The translations under genes were made by a program, and so were the position numbers. A stretch of DNA of 61,488 nt from an uncultured Planctomycetia bacterium. Lineage in GTDB: Bacteria > Omnitrophota > Gorgyraeia > JABMRN01 > RBG-13-46-9. A model generated the notes under the pieces. That model was not told the origin of the DNA. It ran no database searches and saw nothing but the letters and a program-made list of their open reading frames with translations. Within the stretch, counting starts at the first letter, position 1. The number at the start of each line of letters is the position of its first letter. Positions 1 through 8,849 of this stretch are shown here, piece after piece. The DNA lies in contig CAYTQI010000002.1 in NCBI GenBank assembly GCA_964440235.1, forward strand, positions 36,686 to 98,173, given 5' to 3'.

Positions 1-2
1 TA

Positions 3-3000
3 ACACGAAAAAGTATCGCAAAAGAGGCGGGGCTTAGTGAGCTTACGATCACAAACCGAAAAAAAGCCAACCCCGAAATAAAAGCGGCTATAGAAAAGGC
101 ATTGGTAGAAAGAGAGCCGTTTTCCGGAGATGGAAAGTTGATCAAAGGCACGGGTTCGGGCAGTGTTTATACGAATTTTTTAGGGGCAGGAAATTTACAG
201 CACTGGGGTGGAAAGTTGTTGCAATTGTTGGTGCGGTGTATAAGGAATTATTCCGGGATACTTGTGAAAAAACTTCACTACGGTGAAGTGGGAACGACAC
301 CTTCCTACCTGTTTTCGGAAAGGAATGATGCCCGGAACGGCCGGCCTCTGGCTTCGGCCGCGGAGGACAAGTTTCCCTTTGCCGCGGATAAAAATGCGCA
401 ACAAGGCCTTGTAACTTCAACTATATCAAAGGGTTCCGACGAAGTAAAACGTCCCCAAGTCAAAACCCAAGCCAAAATAGGTTATTTGCCAGGCAATATA
501 AATAGCGCACAGAGAGAAGACAGGGCTCCGGGCGATAGGTTGCTGTTCCCTATTTCCGGACAAGAAACGATGGCAATTTGGCCTGCGAGCTTTTCTTATC
601 ATGTTGATTCTATGCTGGCACCGTTAAAAGATAAGTCGTTTAGAGACATCGTGTTAATGGAACGCAGCCCGTTTATCAATGTCCGGCTCGTCAAGAAAAT
701 AATATTTCTTTTAATGACAAGAGAAGACGCCTTCAATCCTGAAACAGGGTACATGATAACGGCGGGCGGATGGAAATCGTTGGATTTACCTTTTATTTCC
801 GGAAGAAAAATTGACAAAATTGTGCGAACACAATCCTTCCCCGGGTTTATTAATGGTGAAGGCATGGATAATAAATTCGGAACAAAAAGTTTGGTAGTTA
901 TCAGAAAGAAATGGGGGAAGATTGTAGCGGAGATCCCTGAAAAAATAATGATAGAGGAGCTAATGCGCGAGGAGAACTTCGGCTTTCAAAGAAAGTTAGC
1001 CAGGGCGTTTAGGAGAAAACGCGGCGTTGTTGGTGTATGGTTTATTGATTACGAGAGATTACGCAACTCAATGCGCCTGCCTCTTGTTACAATTGAAAAT
1101 GCCCGTGATTTTGCCATGACCCTCCAATACAACAATACGAGATTATCGAGTGGCGCATTACTGGAAAAGGAAATTAAGAAAACGCAGGATTTGGCAGAGA
1201 TTGCCCGTAAGCACGGAAAAAAGTTTGTAGGCAGGTTTGATCTGCATGACTGGGGTTTTACCGATAAGACATATAGCTTACGCCCAATGCTTGGAGAAGA
1301 GGGGGAACTTGTTGGCGTTTTCAAAAGATTTTTTCCCGCGGAAAACTGGAGTGTTAAATATTTAAAAAACGAAAACAGGGGTAGTATTGACCCATCTACA
1401 AGTGATCCGTTTGGACCTACGCTTTATGTATATACTGGCACAGAAAATGATAAGGAAAAAATCCCCATAGGAAATATGGCGGAAAGAAAAGGGCTTTATG
1501 AAAAAGTCGCGCGTGAGACGCGGGAATTCATCGCTAAACATAGAAAAAATTTTTTGAAAAACGGTTTAGAAATAGTTACGTGTATGGGGCACGCCTTTGA
1601 GGTTAAACGTAGGTTAAAAAAATACGGGATCGAATCTGATTTGTTTTTCTGGATAGATGAGAAAATGCATTTGTATCATGTATGGGCCCGGACAGAAGAC
1701 GGTTACATAATCGACGCCTATACACTTGATGAAGGCATATCCCGAATATTAAGTTTTGATGAAGACAGGGAAAGCGAATATTCAGGTATTGAGATTGCAA
1801 AGTTTCCGGGGGCAAGCGAAGATTCGGAAAAATGGAACGCAATTGCGGCAAAACTAGAAAGAGAAGAATCGGCGTATAATAACCCGGCCGCGGTGAAAAG
1901 GACAAAAAGCCATGCCCTGCGCCCGGAAAGCCATCCGGGAAGCCGACATTTAAAAACGCCTTGTAAAGATTCCGGTACCTTGCTTTCCGCTAAAGCGCTT
2001 TCCGTTGCCTTGCCGGATAGTGTTGCGGCGGAAAAAAACACTTTCATAACAGGGGCGGAAAAGCCCGTAAGAGAAATTTTTTACGCGAAGATGATGAAGA
2101 TTCTTCAAAACCATGGTTTTGAAAATGGTTTTACCCGGGAAAACCTGATAGGAATATACTTTAGCGAATTTGGCGAAAGACTTTTTATCCGGGATGCCGA
2201 TACTTTCATACTTTATGCGTTAAAAATAGGCTGGATCCGGAATTACCCGGACAGAGAAAATGTTTTTATTTTTACGCAGGAGTGGGATAAATGGGTTTTA
2301 AGGGAAGAGGAGCCGACTTTTAACGTGCAGGACGCCGGAATTTTTTCAGATGAGGCGTTGCGTTCTTATTTATGCGAAATTATTCGGCCGGGCATGGACG
2401 TTGCCGATATGGGCGCGGCTCACGGACAAAGAGCGGTAGTGTCGGCGCGTTTAGGCGCCCGCGTAGACGCGATTGAAATACATAGAATGACCCTGCTTGA
2501 AGCTATTGAGAGGTTCAAAGCCCAGCCGGCTGAAATTCGCGGGCGTATTCGCGCGGTATTAAGCGATCTTTTTGAAAATTCTTTGTTGCGTGGCAAAAAA
2601 TATGACGTGATAGTTTTTTCACCCCCGAGAGTCAATGAAAAAAAACCATCACTCGCTTCAGATTTCAGAAGGATCATTGAAGACCATGAATTCAGGCTTT
2701 TAGGCCGCTTTCTTGATGAGGCAAAACTTCACCTGAAAGGCGACGGGAAAATAGTTCTGGCATACGGCATTGACGATGAAATCGGCGATGAAGACGGCCA
2801 TGTTTTTATGGGCGGAATGCAGACTTTGGCGCGCCTCGGCAAAGATGTATGGACGATGCGTAGGGTTTCTTCAGATCCCGATGCTTTTTTCGCGATTTAT
2901 GAACTCACCTTTAAAACGGCAAAACCGTTAGGATCCGTCACGCTTTCGGAAGGAAAGGAGTCAGCTAATCCAGCGCTCCGGCGGAAAACAGCGTGGCTTG

Positions 3001-4280
3001 AAAGTAAATACGGGGATAAGTTAAGGGATTGCTATACAAAATCCCCCGATGAGTTTTTACGGTTTACAGATCCGGATAATCTTGCTCAACCATTTTTCGC
3101 AGCGATAACTACGGGAGTATCAGGCGAAGTAATTGGTTCAGAAGAAGCCGAGTTTTGCAATTACATTATAGTCCTGGATAAGATAAGAAAAAAAGCCGCG
3201 TTAATTCATACGGATAATTATAAATTTTTGACGAATGCTGAAAATGCCTTGAAAAAAACCTGTAAAATGCTGGATCTTGTTTTGGGAGAAAGAGATTATA
3301 TAGAAAAAAATACTTTAGCAATTATCGCGAAAAGGCCGGCTATATCCGGGGAAATATCCGACGTCACCGCTTCTAAGATTGAGGCACTGTTCAAAAAAGC
3401 CGCTAATAATCTTGGCCTCCCGTTGCTGGAAACAGATACAAGCAGGCACTGGATAAAAAATAAAGTAGTATTTACGGTAGATGAAGGATCGTTACTCGCG
3501 TTGTCCCCGGAAGGAACGGTTTTGCGCTCCATTGATATGTATGAGATGGAGAAAAAAGGCAGATTTGCGGAAAGAAGGCCGGTACTTCGTAACTTCAGTG
3601 AGCCTGAACAGCTGGCAGAGAACTGGAAAGAAGCGGCGATTTCTACGCTGCTTTCGGGAAGAAAAATCGCGTTGTTTTTCAGCCGTAAATTAAGGGGCTA
3701 TGATAAGCATCACCCGCAGCTGCGGGATGATATAGAAAAATGGAAAGAAAATATGACGCGAAAATACCCCCGCTCTCGCAGCTTGATGAACAATTTGATC
3801 ACAGGGGATTTTGAGACACTCGAAGAGCTGAATACGTCTCTGGAAGGGTTGCGGGAGGAGCGCGGGGTAGATTTAAGCGATCAAAGCAAAGATTTTATCT
3901 TTACATTCGAGCCGGAAAACGAGAAAGTTGGCGCGGAAAATCTACCGAGGGCATTAAGGCCCGTTTATATAAAAATTAAGGAAAAGAAAAATGGAGAATT
4001 CAGAACTAATGAATTCTATGATCCGAGCCTGGATATATTAACGATTTCGGTCATGGCCGCGTTTTTCGAACTCAATGCCGATGATATATATCGTATTTTC
4101 GAAGGTATCGGGATAAACAGGCGGAAACTCGAAGAAGATATGAACATATGCGGTATCGACGAAGATAAAAATGGAAACGCATTTCTTATCTTTACCGTTA
4201 TTCCGCGCGCAAAGGCTTATGAGCATAATGGGATGAGAAACCGCAACAAGGTCAGGGCGCAATTTACCCGCGCCGCATAA
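3..4280 (+). CDS. Large orphan multidomain protein, 5'-truncated by the window (>1425 aa): HTH, papain/transglutaminase-like C-H-D motif, class I SAM methyltransferase, CheD/YfiH-like C-H motif, C-terminal domain ending FTRAA
   Basis: The frame is open from base 3 (TRKSIAKEAGLSELTITNRKKANPEIKAAIEKAL precedes the ORF-track TTG at 102). Motifs: TCMGHA...HVW...YIIDA; DVADMGAAHG...DAIE...SDLFE...IVFSPP; EFCNYIIVLD...AALIH. Confidence 0.85.
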   Translation, partial: TRKSIAKEAGLSELTITNRKKANPEIKAAIEKALVEREPFSGDGKLIKGTGSGSVYTNFLGAGNLQHWGGKLLQLLVRCIRNYSGILVKKLHYGEVGTTPSYLFSERNDARNGRPLASAAEDKFPFAADKNAQQGLVTSTISKGSDEVKRPQVKTQAKIGYLPGNINSAQREDRAPGDRLLFPISGQETMAIWPASFSYHVDSMLAPLKDKSFRDIVLMERSPFINVRLVKKIIFLLMTREDAFNPETGYMITAGGWKSLDLPFISGRKIDKIVRTQSFPGFINGEGMDNKFGTKSLVVIRKKWGKIVAEIPEKIMIEELMREENFGFQRKLARAFRRKRGVVGVWFIDYERLRNSMRLPLVTIENARDFAMTLQYNNTRLSSGALLEKEIKKTQDLAEIARKHGKKFVGRFDLHDWGFTDKTYSLRPMLGEEGELVGVFKRFFPAENWSVKYLKNENRGSIDPSTSDPFGPTLYVYTGTENDKEKIPIGNMAERKGLYEKVARETREFIAKHRKNFLKNGLEIVTCMGHAFEVKRRLKKYGIESDLFFWIDEKMHLYHVWARTEDGYIIDAYTLDEGISRILSFDEDRESEYSGIEIAKFPGASEDSEKWNAIAAKLEREESAYNNPAAVKRTKSHALRPESHPGSRHLKTPCKDSGTLLSAKALSVALPDSVAAEKNTFITGAEKPVREIFYAKMMKILQNHGFENGFTRENLIGIYFSEFGERLFIRDADTFILYALKIGWIRNYPDRENVFIFTQEWDKWVLREEEPTFNVQDAGIFSDEALRSYLCEIIRPGMDVADMGAAHGQRAVVSARLGARVDAIEIHRMTLLEAIERFKAQPAEIRGRIRAVLSDLFENSLLRGKKYDVIVFSPPRVNEKKPSLASDFRRIIEDHEFRLLGRFLDEAKLHLKGDGKIVLAYGIDDEIGDEDGHVFMGGMQTLARLGKDVWTMRRVSSDPDAFFAIYELTFKTAKPLGSVTLSEGKESANPALRRKTAWLESKYGDKLRDCYTKSPDEFLRFTDPDNLAQPFFAAITTGVSGEVIGSEEAEFCNYIIVLDKIRKKAALIHTDNYKFLTNAENALKKTCKMLDLVLGERDYIEKNTLAIIAKRPAISGEISDVTASKIEALFKKAANNLGLPLLETDTSRHWIKNKVVFTVDEGSLLALSPEGTVLRSIDMYEMEKKGRFAERRPVLRNFSEPEQLAENWKEAAISTLLSGRKIALFFSRKLRGYDKHHPQLRDDIEKWKENMTRKYPRSRSLMNNLITGDFETLEELNTSLEGLREERGVDLSDQSKDFIFTFEPENEKVGAENLPRALRPVYIKIKEKKNGEFRTNEFYDPSLDILTISVMAAFFELNADDIYRIFEGIGINRRKLEEDMNICGIDEDKNGNAFLIFTVIPRAKAYEHNGMRNRNKVRAQFTRAA

Positions 4281-4380
4281 CAGCGTAACAATCTTATTAA
4301 TCAACGAACTATGTCAACCGTCTAGACTGAAAAGGATTAGCCGGTCGTGATTAGGATATCAAAAAGTTTGATTACCCGCC

Positions 4381-4409
4381 TTGACGCTTTTGCAGTTTTC
4401 AGGTATACT
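4381..4409 (+). promoter_or_regulatory. Sigma70-type promoter
   Basis: TTGACG (4381-4386), 17 nt spacer, TATACT (4404-4409). Confidence 0.7.
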
Positions 4410-4427
4410 TAATTTGAGCCCGGAAAA

Positions 4428-4462
4428 GCCTTTAAGTCGTTTTGACCGAAAGGCAGTTTTTT
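4428..4462 (+). terminator. Terminator-like hairpin in the leader of the 4515 gene (possible attenuator)
   Basis: GCCTTT-aa-GTC-gtttt-GAC-cg-AAAGGC followed by AGTTTTTT. Confidence 0.45.
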
Positions 4463-4514
4463 ATTTTTTGTAATTAAAAAGATTTAAAAAGTGTTTGTAA
4501 GGAAGGGGTTTGAA

Positions 4515-4874
4515 ATGAGAGAGTTAATATTCAAGAACCTGATGGCCCCCGCCGCGAAAAAAAGGGATATTTCAGTCGAGGAAATAGTGGAGAAGAACGG
4601 CCTGGTTTCCTCCACAACTAAAAGGTCCATATACTTTGTGCGCGGTTCTCACAGAATCAAGTCCAGGGATGAATTGAAGCACTGGATAGATCGGCGAAGA
4701 AAAAACGCGGGCTTGAATAAGAAATTTTTTCATATTCTACGCGAATATTCAGACCGCGACAAGAAAGACAAGCTAATGTGCAAGATGAGAGGTTCGTTCT
4801 ACGTGATTTCCGGTGAATCGGTATATAACATAGTTTTTGTGCACGCGATAAGGATAAGAATAAGTAGATCATAG
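4515..4874 (+). CDS. Hypothetical basic protein (~119 aa)
   Basis: ORF downstream of a good promoter. ATG at 4515 follows GGAAGGGG and is preferred over the GTG at 4491. No recognisable family. Confidence 0.7.
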   Translation: MRELIFKNLMAPAAKKRDISVEEIVEKNGLVSSTTKRSIYFVRGSHRIKSRDELKHWIDRRRKNAGLNKKFFHILREYSDRDKKDKLMCKMRGSFYVISGESVYNIVFVHAIRIRISRS

Positions 4875-4888
4875 CAGAAAGCGGCAAA

Positions 4889-5023
4889 ATGGATTTGTAT
4901 CATCTGCACCCGGAACACGCGAAAGGCCTGATACACATGCTGATATTTCTTGCGGTCCTTTTTAAGGTTCACGTGATCGACAGGAAAATAAGCATGCTTG
5001 AGAAAACAGTCATAAACAAATAA
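4889..5023 (+). CDS. Small 44-aa putative membrane protein (below the ORF-track cutoff)
   Basis: MDLYHLHPEHAKGLIHMLIFLAVLFKVHVIDRKISMLEKTVINK has one hydrophobic stretch and fills the gap between the 4515 gene and the terminator. Confidence 0.5.
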   Translation: MDLYHLHPEHAKGLIHMLIFLAVLFKVHVIDRKISMLEKTVINK

Positions 5024-5057
5024 AGCCCGCGAAAAATTTTTAAAACGGGGCTTTTGG

Positions 5058-5090
5058 GAGGGGCGTAAAGTTTACGCTCCTCTTTTTTTT
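5058..5090 (+). terminator. Rho-independent terminator
   Basis: GAGGGGCGTAAA-g-TTTACGCTCCTC followed by T8. Confidence 0.8.
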
Positions 5091-5188
5091 GATGAAACCG
5101 TGATTTGCGGTAGACACAAGCGGTTGCTGTAAATCATAAATTCAAACTAAACCGGACGGCGCAAAGCGCCCGAAGAATCTCATTTTAT

Positions 5189-5217
5189 TTGACTATGGCC
5201 TGTATATATGATAATAT
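5189..5217 (+). promoter_or_regulatory. Sigma70-type promoter for gpsA
   Basis: TTGACT (5189-5194), 17 nt spacer, TAATAT (5212-5217). Confidence 0.5.
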
Positions 5218-5223
5218 TTGGCT

Positions 5224-6216
5224 ATGGTGAAAACGCCAATAGCTGTTCTCGGAGACGGTGGATGGGGGACGACCGTAGCAATACTCCTTGCCAATAAGGG
5301 GTATGATATCACCGTGTGGGGGGCGTTTCCTGATCATATATCAGTTTTGAAAAAAGAAAGGATTAACCGGAAGTTTCTTCCCGGAATACAGATACCGGGA
5401 AGGATTCGCTTTACATCCGAGGCGGCCGATGTAAGAAAATGCTCGATAGCCGTAATCGCGGTGCCGTCAAAATACCTGCGTAGTACACTGAAAATATTTG
5501 AAGGAAAAATCGCCGAGAAAGCGGTTTCGCTTACGAAAGGTATCGAGGAAGATACTTTTAAGAGGCCTTCCGAGGTTATATATGATGTTTGCGGCCCTAT
5601 TAAAATAGCGGTTGTTTCTGGTCCGACAATATCATTTGAGGTAGCGCGCGATCTTCCCGCTACTGTTGTCGCGGCCTCCCCGGACAGGGCGTTTGCCGGG
5701 GAAATACAGAATATTTTTACAACTCCGAATTTCAGGGCATATACCTCCGTGGATGTGATTGGCGTGGAGCTCGGAGGCGCTTTAAAAAATGTAATAGCTA
5801 TCGCGGCCGGCATTTCTGACGGAATGGGTTTTGGCGTAAACTCAAAAGCGGCGCTTCTTACGAGAGGTTTGGCCGAGATTATTCGTTTCGGGGACAAATT
5901 AGGCGCGAAAAAAGAAACATTTTTCGGATTAAGCGGATTGGGCGACCTTGCCACGACTTGCATGAGCGACCATTCGAGAAATCGCTGGTTCGGGCAGGAA
6001 ATCGCCAAAGGAAGGAAACCGAAAGATGTACTTGGGGGAACCGATATGATAGTTGAAGGCGTGACTACGGTCAGGTCCGCTTACGAATTGTCTAAAAAAA
6101 ACGGGGTAGAAATGCCTATAACGCAGAAAATTTATGAACTTTTATATCGCGGTAAAAAGCCGGAAGACGCTGTAAGGGAGCTTATGACACGGGCTCTTAA
6201 ACAGGAGGAATTATGA
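5224..6216 (+). CDS. gpsA: NAD(P)H-dependent glycerol-3-phosphate dehydrogenase
   Basis: GDGGWGT Rossmann motif, GVELGGALKNVIAIAAG, GLSGLGDLATTC...SRN. Confidence 0.97.
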   Translation: MVKTPIAVLGDGGWGTTVAILLANKGYDITVWGAFPDHISVLKKERINRKFLPGIQIPGRIRFTSEAADVRKCSIAVIAVPSKYLRSTLKIFEGKIAEKAVSLTKGIEEDTFKRPSEVIYDVCGPIKIAVVSGPTISFEVARDLPATVVAASPDRAFAGEIQNIFTTPNFRAYTSVDVIGVELGGALKNVIAIAAGISDGMGFGVNSKAALLTRGLAEIIRFGDKLGAKKETFFGLSGLGDLATTCMSDHSRNRWFGQEIAKGRKPKDVLGGTDMIVEGVTTVRSAYELSKKNGVEMPITQKIYELLYRGKKPEDAVRELMTRALKQEEL

Positions 6217-7502
6217 GAGTTGTTAATGTCGGGCTTATAGGGTTCGGAACCGTCGGCAAGGGCGTTGTAAAGGCGCTTCTTTCCAAAAAAGGAATTCTTA
6301 AGGTGAAATCCGGTATTTCCGTAAACCTGGCCAAGATTGCCGATAAGGATTTAAGGTCAGGGCGCGGTTTTAGTGTACCGGGAAAACTTCTTACCAGGGA
6401 CGTGGACTCGGTCATAAAAGATAAAGACATAGATGTCATCGTAGAGCTGATAGGCGGAATACACCCCGCGAAAGAGATTATCCTGAAAGCGCTATCGCTG
6501 GGTAAGCGGGTTGTTACGGCAAATAAGGCGCTCCTCGCCGAATACGGGATGGAAATATTTACCGCGGCGTCGCGTTTTCAAAGCTCGGTTGGATTTGAGG
6601 CAAGCGTTGGCGGCGGCATACCCATTATCGCCCCGTTAAAAAAATCGCTGGTGGCAAATGACATACAACTTATATATGGGATACTAAACGGCACTTCAAA
6701 TTTCATTCTTAGCAAGATGTCCGAGGAGGATTGTTCTTTTATTGAGGCGCTGAAAGACGCAAAGGAAAGGGGTATAGCCGAGAAAAATCCGAAATTAGAT
6801 ATAAGCGGCGGGGATTCGTGCCATAAGCTTGCTATACTGGCCTTGATGGGATTCGGATTTAATGTCAAACTGAAAGATATCTATGTTGAAGGTATCGAGG
6901 GCCTGGATCCGACGGACATGCAATATGCTAAAAACTGGGGATATGATATTAAGCTGTTGGCTATAGGGAAAAAAATCGGCAGTGCATTGGATCTCAGAGT
7001 CCATCCGACCCTGATTTCCCTGAAAAGTATTTTGGCGGGCGTAAAAGGCGAAAATAACGCTATATTTGTCAGGGGTGACATGGTCGGGGAAACGCTTTTT
7101 TACGGCCGGGGCGCCGGCAGCCTTCCGACCGCGAGTTCCGTTGTGGGTGATATTATGAAAATCGCCGAAAGTATAACCGCGAAAATCCCGGCACAACCTT
7201 TTAAACCGGAATTCAACGGAAGTATTAAAAAAATACGAAAAATCAATGATTTGAACGTCAGGTATTATATCAGGTTTTCCGCCATTGACAGGCCCGGTGT
7301 TTTGTCCAGAGTTTCCAGTATACTGGCGCAAAACGGAATAAGCATAGCTACTGTTTCGCAGAAAGAAAGAAAAAAAGGCCAGCCGGTTCCTATAGTTATG
7401 CTGACACATTACGCGAACGAAGGCAGGATGAATAAGGCGCTGGCAAAAATAAAAAAATTACCGTTTATAACAAAAAAGCCCGTAGGAATAAGAATAGCGT
7501 GA
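6213..7502 (+). CDS. hom: Homoserine dehydrogenase with C-terminal ACT domain
   Basis: [42 protein letters not shown] motif [13 protein letters not shown]. Confidence 0.97.
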   Translation: MRVVNVGLIGFGTVGKGVVKALLSKKGILKVKSGISVNLAKIADKDLRSGRGFSVPGKLLTRDVDSVIKDKDIDVIVELIGGIHPAKEIILKALSLGKRVVTANKALLAEYGMEIFTAASRFQSSVGFEASVGGGIPIIAPLKKSLVANDIQLIYGILNGTSNFILSKMSEEDCSFIEALKDAKERGIAEKNPKLDISGGDSCHKLAILALMGFGFNVKLKDIYVEGIEGLDPTDMQYAKNWGYDIKLLAIGKKIGSALDLRVHPTLISLKSILAGVKGENNAIFVRGDMVGETLFYGRGAGSLPTASSVVGDIMKIAESITAKIPAQPFKPEFNGSIKKIRKINDLNVRYYIRFSAIDRPGVLSRVSSILAQNGISIATVSQKERKKGQPVPIVMLTHYANEGRMNKALAKIKKLPFITKKPVGIRIA

Positions 7503-7507
7503 TAGGC

Positions 7508-8578
7508 ATGGGTGTAATAGAGAGATACAGAAAATATCTGCCCGTAACCGGTAAAACACCGATAATTTCTTTGAATGAAGGAGATACCCCTCTTGTAAGG
7601 GCCCCGCATATTGAAGAGCTGCTTGGCGGTTTTGCGGAGGTTTATCTTAAGTACGAAGGGTTGAACCCGACAGGTTCTTTTAAGGACAGGGGCATGACCC
7701 TTGCAATATCAAAAGTTGTTGAAGAGGGTTCAGGGGCGGTTATTTGCGCATCGACCGGGAACACTTCCGCTTCAGCGGCGGCTTACGCGGCCCGAGCCAA
7801 AATAAAGTGTGTTGTTCTCATACCTGAGGGTTCGATTGCCCTGGGGAAACTCGCGCAGGCGCTTATACACGGGGCCGAGGTTGTAGCGGTAAAAGGAAAT
7901 TTCGATGACTGCCTGAAACTCGTAAAAGAAATTACCGAAAAATACCCCATTACCCTGGTTAATTCCCTGAATCCTTACAGGATTGAAGGGCAGAAGACAG
8001 GCGCTTTTGAAATTTGCGATTCTTTGAAATGCGCGCCGGATTACCACGCTATTCCCGTGGGAAATGCCGGCAACATAACCGCTTACTGGATGGGATACAA
8101 AGAGTACAGGCAAGCCGGCCGGATAAATGCCCTGCCGAAAATGATCGGATTTCAGGCTGCCGGTTCCGCGCCTATAGTAAAGGGGCATGTTATAAAAGAC
8201 CCCAAAACCATAGCGACCGCGATAAAAATAGGAAATCCGGCCAGCTGGAAAAAGGCCGAGGCCGCGCGCGATGAATCGGGCGGGCTTATAGAAGCGGTAA
8301 GCGATGATGAAATTTTAAACGCGTATGAATTGGTTGCTTCGAAGGAAGGCGTATTCGTTGAGCCGGCATCGGCCGCGAGTGTCGCAGGGGTATTAAAGAA
8401 AGCGAAAGAGGGGTATTTTAAAAACGCAAACCGAAAACCGCGAGCCGAAAAACCGCGGATTGTCTGTGTATTAACCGGGCACGGATTGAAAGACCCCGAC
8501 AGGGCGATAGCGAGCGTTAAGAAACCGAGGGTGTTACCGGCAAAGTTAGACGCAATTATAAAAGAGGCCGGTTTGTGA
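7508..8578 (+). CDS. thrC: Threonine synthase
   Basis: [15 protein letters not shown] (PLP lysine), [38 protein letters not shown]. Confidence 0.97.
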   Translation: MGVIERYRKYLPVTGKTPIISLNEGDTPLVRAPHIEELLGGFAEVYLKYEGLNPTGSFKDRGMTLAISKVVEEGSGAVICASTGNTSASAAAYAARAKIKCVVLIPEGSIALGKLAQALIHGAEVVAVKGNFDDCLKLVKEITEKYPITLVNSLNPYRIEGQKTGAFEICDSLKCAPDYHAIPVGNAGNITAYWMGYKEYRQAGRINALPKMIGFQAAGSAPIVKGHVIKDPKTIATAIKIGNPASWKKAEAARDESGGLIEAVSDDEILNAYELVASKEGVFVEPASAASVAGVLKKAKEGYFKNANRKPRAEKPRIVCVLTGHGLKDPDRAIASVKKPRVLPAKLDAIIKEAGL

Positions 8579-8590
8579 TTATGAAGGCGA

Positions 8591-8729
8591 TTTTCACGGC
8601 GGGAATGCTTTATTAAATGCCGGGACGTAGCGCAGTTTGGTTTAGCGCGCTTGCTTGGGGTGCAAGAGGTCAGCGGTTCAAATCCGCTCGTCCCGACCAA
8701 CGGAATAGAAAACATTCCCGCCGGGAAAA
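8591..8729. repeat. 17-bp inverted repeat enclosing tRNA-Pro
   Basis: TTTTCACGGCGGGAATG (8591-8607) pairs with CATTCCCGCCGGGAAAA (8713-8729), 16 of 17 complementary. Confidence 0.8.
8621..8699 (+). tRNA. tRNA-Pro (anticodon GGG), CCA encoded
   Basis: Cloverleaf: acceptor CGGGACG/CGTCCCG, anticodon stem CTTGC/GCAAG with loop TTGGGGT, T-loop TTCAAAT. Confidence 0.97.
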
Positions 8730-8849
8730 TTTAAAGAAACGCGCTTGGGCGCAAGGAGTCAACGGTTGGAATCCGCTTAGCGGTGCCCGGTGTGATGCCG
8801 GAAAATTTTTACGAAGGGAAATTTATATTTAAGGCCGAAGGGATAAAAC

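Noticed and set aside
102-104. TTG start given by the ORF track for the first protein
   Set aside because: The frame is open and protein-like (HTH) back to base 3, so the gene starts outside the window.
5100-5180. GGACGGCGCAAAGCGCC hairpin resembling part of a c-di-GMP-I riboswitch
   Set aside because: The first GGCAAA/GNRA stem and overall architecture are missing, and it lies upstream of the predicted gpsA promoter.
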